Part shown: piece by piece, positions 33,076 through 64,000 of the stretch | Layout: the number at the start of each line of letters is the position of its first letter | How positions within the stretch are numbered: the stretch's first letter is position 1 | NCBI GenBank assembly: GCA_028534125.1 | Contig: CM052832.1 | Coordinates: forward strand, 8,682,001 to 8,746,000 | Reading direction: 5' to 3' | Length of the DNA: 64,000 nt | From: Lama glama | Lineage: Eukaryota | The notes under the pieces: generated by a model | What the model saw: the letters and a program-made list of their open reading frames with translations, nothing else | Databases searched by the model: none | What the model was told of the DNA's origin: nothing | Translations under genes and position numbers: made by a program

Positions 33076-35967
33076 GGTGTGATGGCTACTTCCCTTCCGA
33101 GACCCAGTCTAATCATGACAGCGGCTTCCAGGGTGTTGGGGTTGGTGTGGACAGGTGCAAGGTGGGCAGAGGCCATGCAGTGACTGGAAGTGGGTAGGGG
33201 AGGGTGTTACATTCTGTTTGGCATGTAAACATTCTTCAGTGGCTTCCCTGGGGGGAGGAGAAGGGCACCTCCCTACCCTCCACCCCATGCCCACCAGGGC
33301 TGGTCCCTGGAGCTGAGAAGACTGAGCAAACCAGGCCTCTGCGAGGAGCTAGGAAGCAGGGAGCCTGCGTGTCTGGGGTATTGCCCCTCTCCTGCACCCT
33401 CTTTGCACACAGTGTGGCTGTGGGGAGGGAAGGCATGTTCTGGGGTGAGCAGACCCGCATCTTAGCCAGTGACACAGGCTGTCGTGATGGGAAAGTACTG
33501 GAGGAGTGTGTTGGTGGTGGTGTGACACTCTTTCATAGAGAAGAGGCTCAAGACTGGGTGAGATTGGTGGGGGAATGGGAGCTCAAGGGGAAAGAGGCTG
33601 CAGCTGGGAGTGGGGGCACTGGAAGGTGTGGTTTCCTCTGCCCTTCTTGGGGAGAGGAGCAGAGTCAGGGCCCTAACTTCCTCCCACACTCTCCCCTTCC
33701 CCTCCTCCCCCCACCTTGGTGACATTCAGTGATGCAGAGGCCTGAGGTCGTTTGGGAGCCCTAGGGAGGTCCGGAATCCCAAGGGCAGATAGGGTTTTGC
33801 ATTTCTGTCCAGCTCTAGTGCTGGGTGAAGCTCGGGGTGGGATGGGCCTGGGGCTCTCTCAGGCCACCCCCTTTTCCTCCCAACACCAAACCAGGGTGTT
33901 ATTGGTCCTGGGGCAAGGATGAGGCTGGGGGCCCTACATTCACAGTTCGGTTGGTGGCAAGGAGCAGGCCCAGGACCTGGGCACCAGGGGTCATGCCCTG
34001 GTCCCACCTGGCACGAGCTGATTGTCATTCAGAGAGGCTCTAGGTGGGAAGGAGTGGCCCCTCCTCCACCCCCTCTGCTGGGCCCAGAGGGCAGTAGAGG
34101 CCTTGGGAGGGTCTCGGGTTGACAAAGAGGGTTCTGTCCGGAGAGGTTTCCTGAGTGTTCTGGGAGCTTCTGCGTCAGCATGGGGTGGACCTTGAAGGCT
34201 GTCCACCCTGGAGTCCTCCCCTGGGCTGGTCTGCAGAGAAGCCACCACCTTGGCATGGAAGCAGCTGCCCAAGCCTGCCGACTCTCCATCAGGTGCTTCA
34301 GCTGGTACCATCAGGCTTCTGTCAGGGCCAACTTCCTCATGAGCATCCTTCTAAGTGATGGTGGTTGGATGCTGCCAGACCACTGGAGCATGCTGGGGCC
34401 TTCCTCTTCCCCTGGTTGTCTTGCCTTGCTCTCTGTGACCCAGGGAAGAACAGAGGGGCCAGGACAGGGGACAGAGGCTGTGGGTGCTGAGGATGGAGGA
34501 GGACTGCAGGGGACCTATCCTACATAGGCAGGGTTGGCTGTTCCTCTGCAGCCCCTTGGCCCAAACATAGGCCGTTGAGGCTCATGATGAGTTGTGATGA
34601 GCTATGCAGGAGCCAGACCCAGGAGGAGACCCCATATCCATTCACAGAGCAGCACAGCACTCACCCTCCTCAGGGGCTGCTCAGCTGCATGGGTTGGAGT
34701 TAAGACAAGAGAGGACAGGCTGCACGGTGAGCTGGGGGTGGAGGGGATGAGGGCTGAACCTGTCACACAGCATACAACCTGGAAGTTAGGAGGGCCTTTC
34801 TACGTTGAGTCCAGGGGCCAGCTGTCTGTCTGTCTGCCTGTTTTTGCTCTCTCTGCCCACTGGGGGAGATGATGGTCTGATCCAGCCCACTCCCCACAGC
34901 CAGGAGGACAGGGAGGGTGACCTGGCCAGAACTAAGTCCCTGAATCTCCAAAGAGCCAGCACAGAGTTGGTAAGCAGCCATTCTCCACCTCCACTGAATT
35001 CAGAAGAGAGGGAATTTGGCTGAAACCGCAGTAGGCAGGATTGAGGTTAGATGGCAAGAAGGAATTCCTGATGGTAAGGGGTCCTGAGCACTAGATCAGG
35101 GGACCAAGGGAGAGGGTGAAACATTTTTTAAGGCCCCCTCCAACTTCCCACTGGGAAATACTTGCCCAGGAAGGCAGCCCACACACACTCTATGGTTCCC
35201 ACTGAAGCTCCACCCAAATTTAGGGGGAGGGATCTTTGCATCCTAGAGGTGCAGGGGAGCACCCTCCCCCCATCACCTGCACACTGCCTCCCACAGTGGT
35301 GTCCAGGATGGTGCTGACTTGGGGCAGGTCAGACTTGCCCCCTCACACCTGAGTAGACCAATGGCTCCTAGGTCTCACCTCCCCAGCCCGAGTCTGGCAG
35401 CAGAGAAGAGGCCTTTCGGACCACCACAGCTCCCTGGAGACTGTGGGATTAGCCCCTTTGGGGAGGCTGGAGCCTCCACTTCTGGAATTTGAGGGTGCCT
35501 TTCTGAAAAGGGGGGGGGCTTTGGCTGGAAGAGGGTCAGGAGGAGGGAAAGGTGCAGCAGGATGGGTAAGCAGAGGTTCCTGGGGGAGCTTGGAGAGCAG
35601 CAGAGGCCTGGCGGGTGAGCGAGGTGTCCCCACTAGTGGAATCCTCGGTGAAAAGTGGCTGAGCCTTCCCCGGGGCGGAGGGTGAGCCTGCCCCACCTGA
35701 AGGGCAGCAGAGGGAGGGGCGGAGACGGGGAAGTATGGGGAGGCTGTCGCTCCCCCTCGCCGCGCGGCGACCCCATTGGCAGGGCCGGCGGGTGGGCGAG
35801 GCGTGTGCTGGCGCGCGTCCTCGTCCTCGCGGATGCAGGCGGGAAGCTGGGGCCGCGGGTGGCGCGCGTCAGGCGTGTAAGGCTGTGCTGGGAGCTGTTC
35901 CAGTATGGCCGGCTGCGGGTGGGGGGCCGGGGTGAGGGTGGGGGGCCGCGGAGAGCCACACGTGTCA

Positions 35968-63861
<27,894 letters not shown>

Positions 63862-64000
63862 TCATGGAACCTCATCTGAGGGGACAGTGTGGTTATCCTC
63901 ATTTTAGAGAGGAGGAAACTGAAGGGCAAACTGGGGGCCTCTCCAAGATCACGCAGCAAGTGATGACCCAGCCAAGGTCTACCAGGCTTGGAATCCTTGG

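Overview
Mammalian genomic DNA, most likely a camelid, inferred from a Vic-1-like tRNA SINE. The window is syntenic with the ZNF318-CRIP3-SLC22A7-TTBK1 cluster of human 6p21.1, read in reverse. From left to right it holds: the probable 3' end of ZNF318 (+), with a candidate alternative coding exon at 5143; an L1/L2/MIR-rich spacer; complete CRIP3 (+, 8 coding exons, 204 aa); complete SLC22A7/OAT2 (-, 10 coding exons, 547 aa) with a TATA box and HNF4 DR1 promoter site; and the 3' part of TTBK1 (-, 10 coding exons from the kinase DFG motif to the stop). I traced all exon boundaries by hand as GT-AG with consistent phases. The most interesting signals are: (1) a candidate TTBK1 alternative last exon (99 codons) inside the 17.6 kb intron, followed by what looks like a ~7 kb 3'UTR ending in a miRNA-seed-dense block and poly(A) signals; (2) a locally very divergent ~45-aa segment at the start of the large TTBK1 exon; (3) interlocked convergent poly(A) signals of CRIP3 and SLC22A7; (4) a stop-free in-frame TTBK1 intron; (5) a 31-bp palindrome with AATAAA on both strands. 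Gene and repeat names come from my recall of the orthologs, not from a database search.
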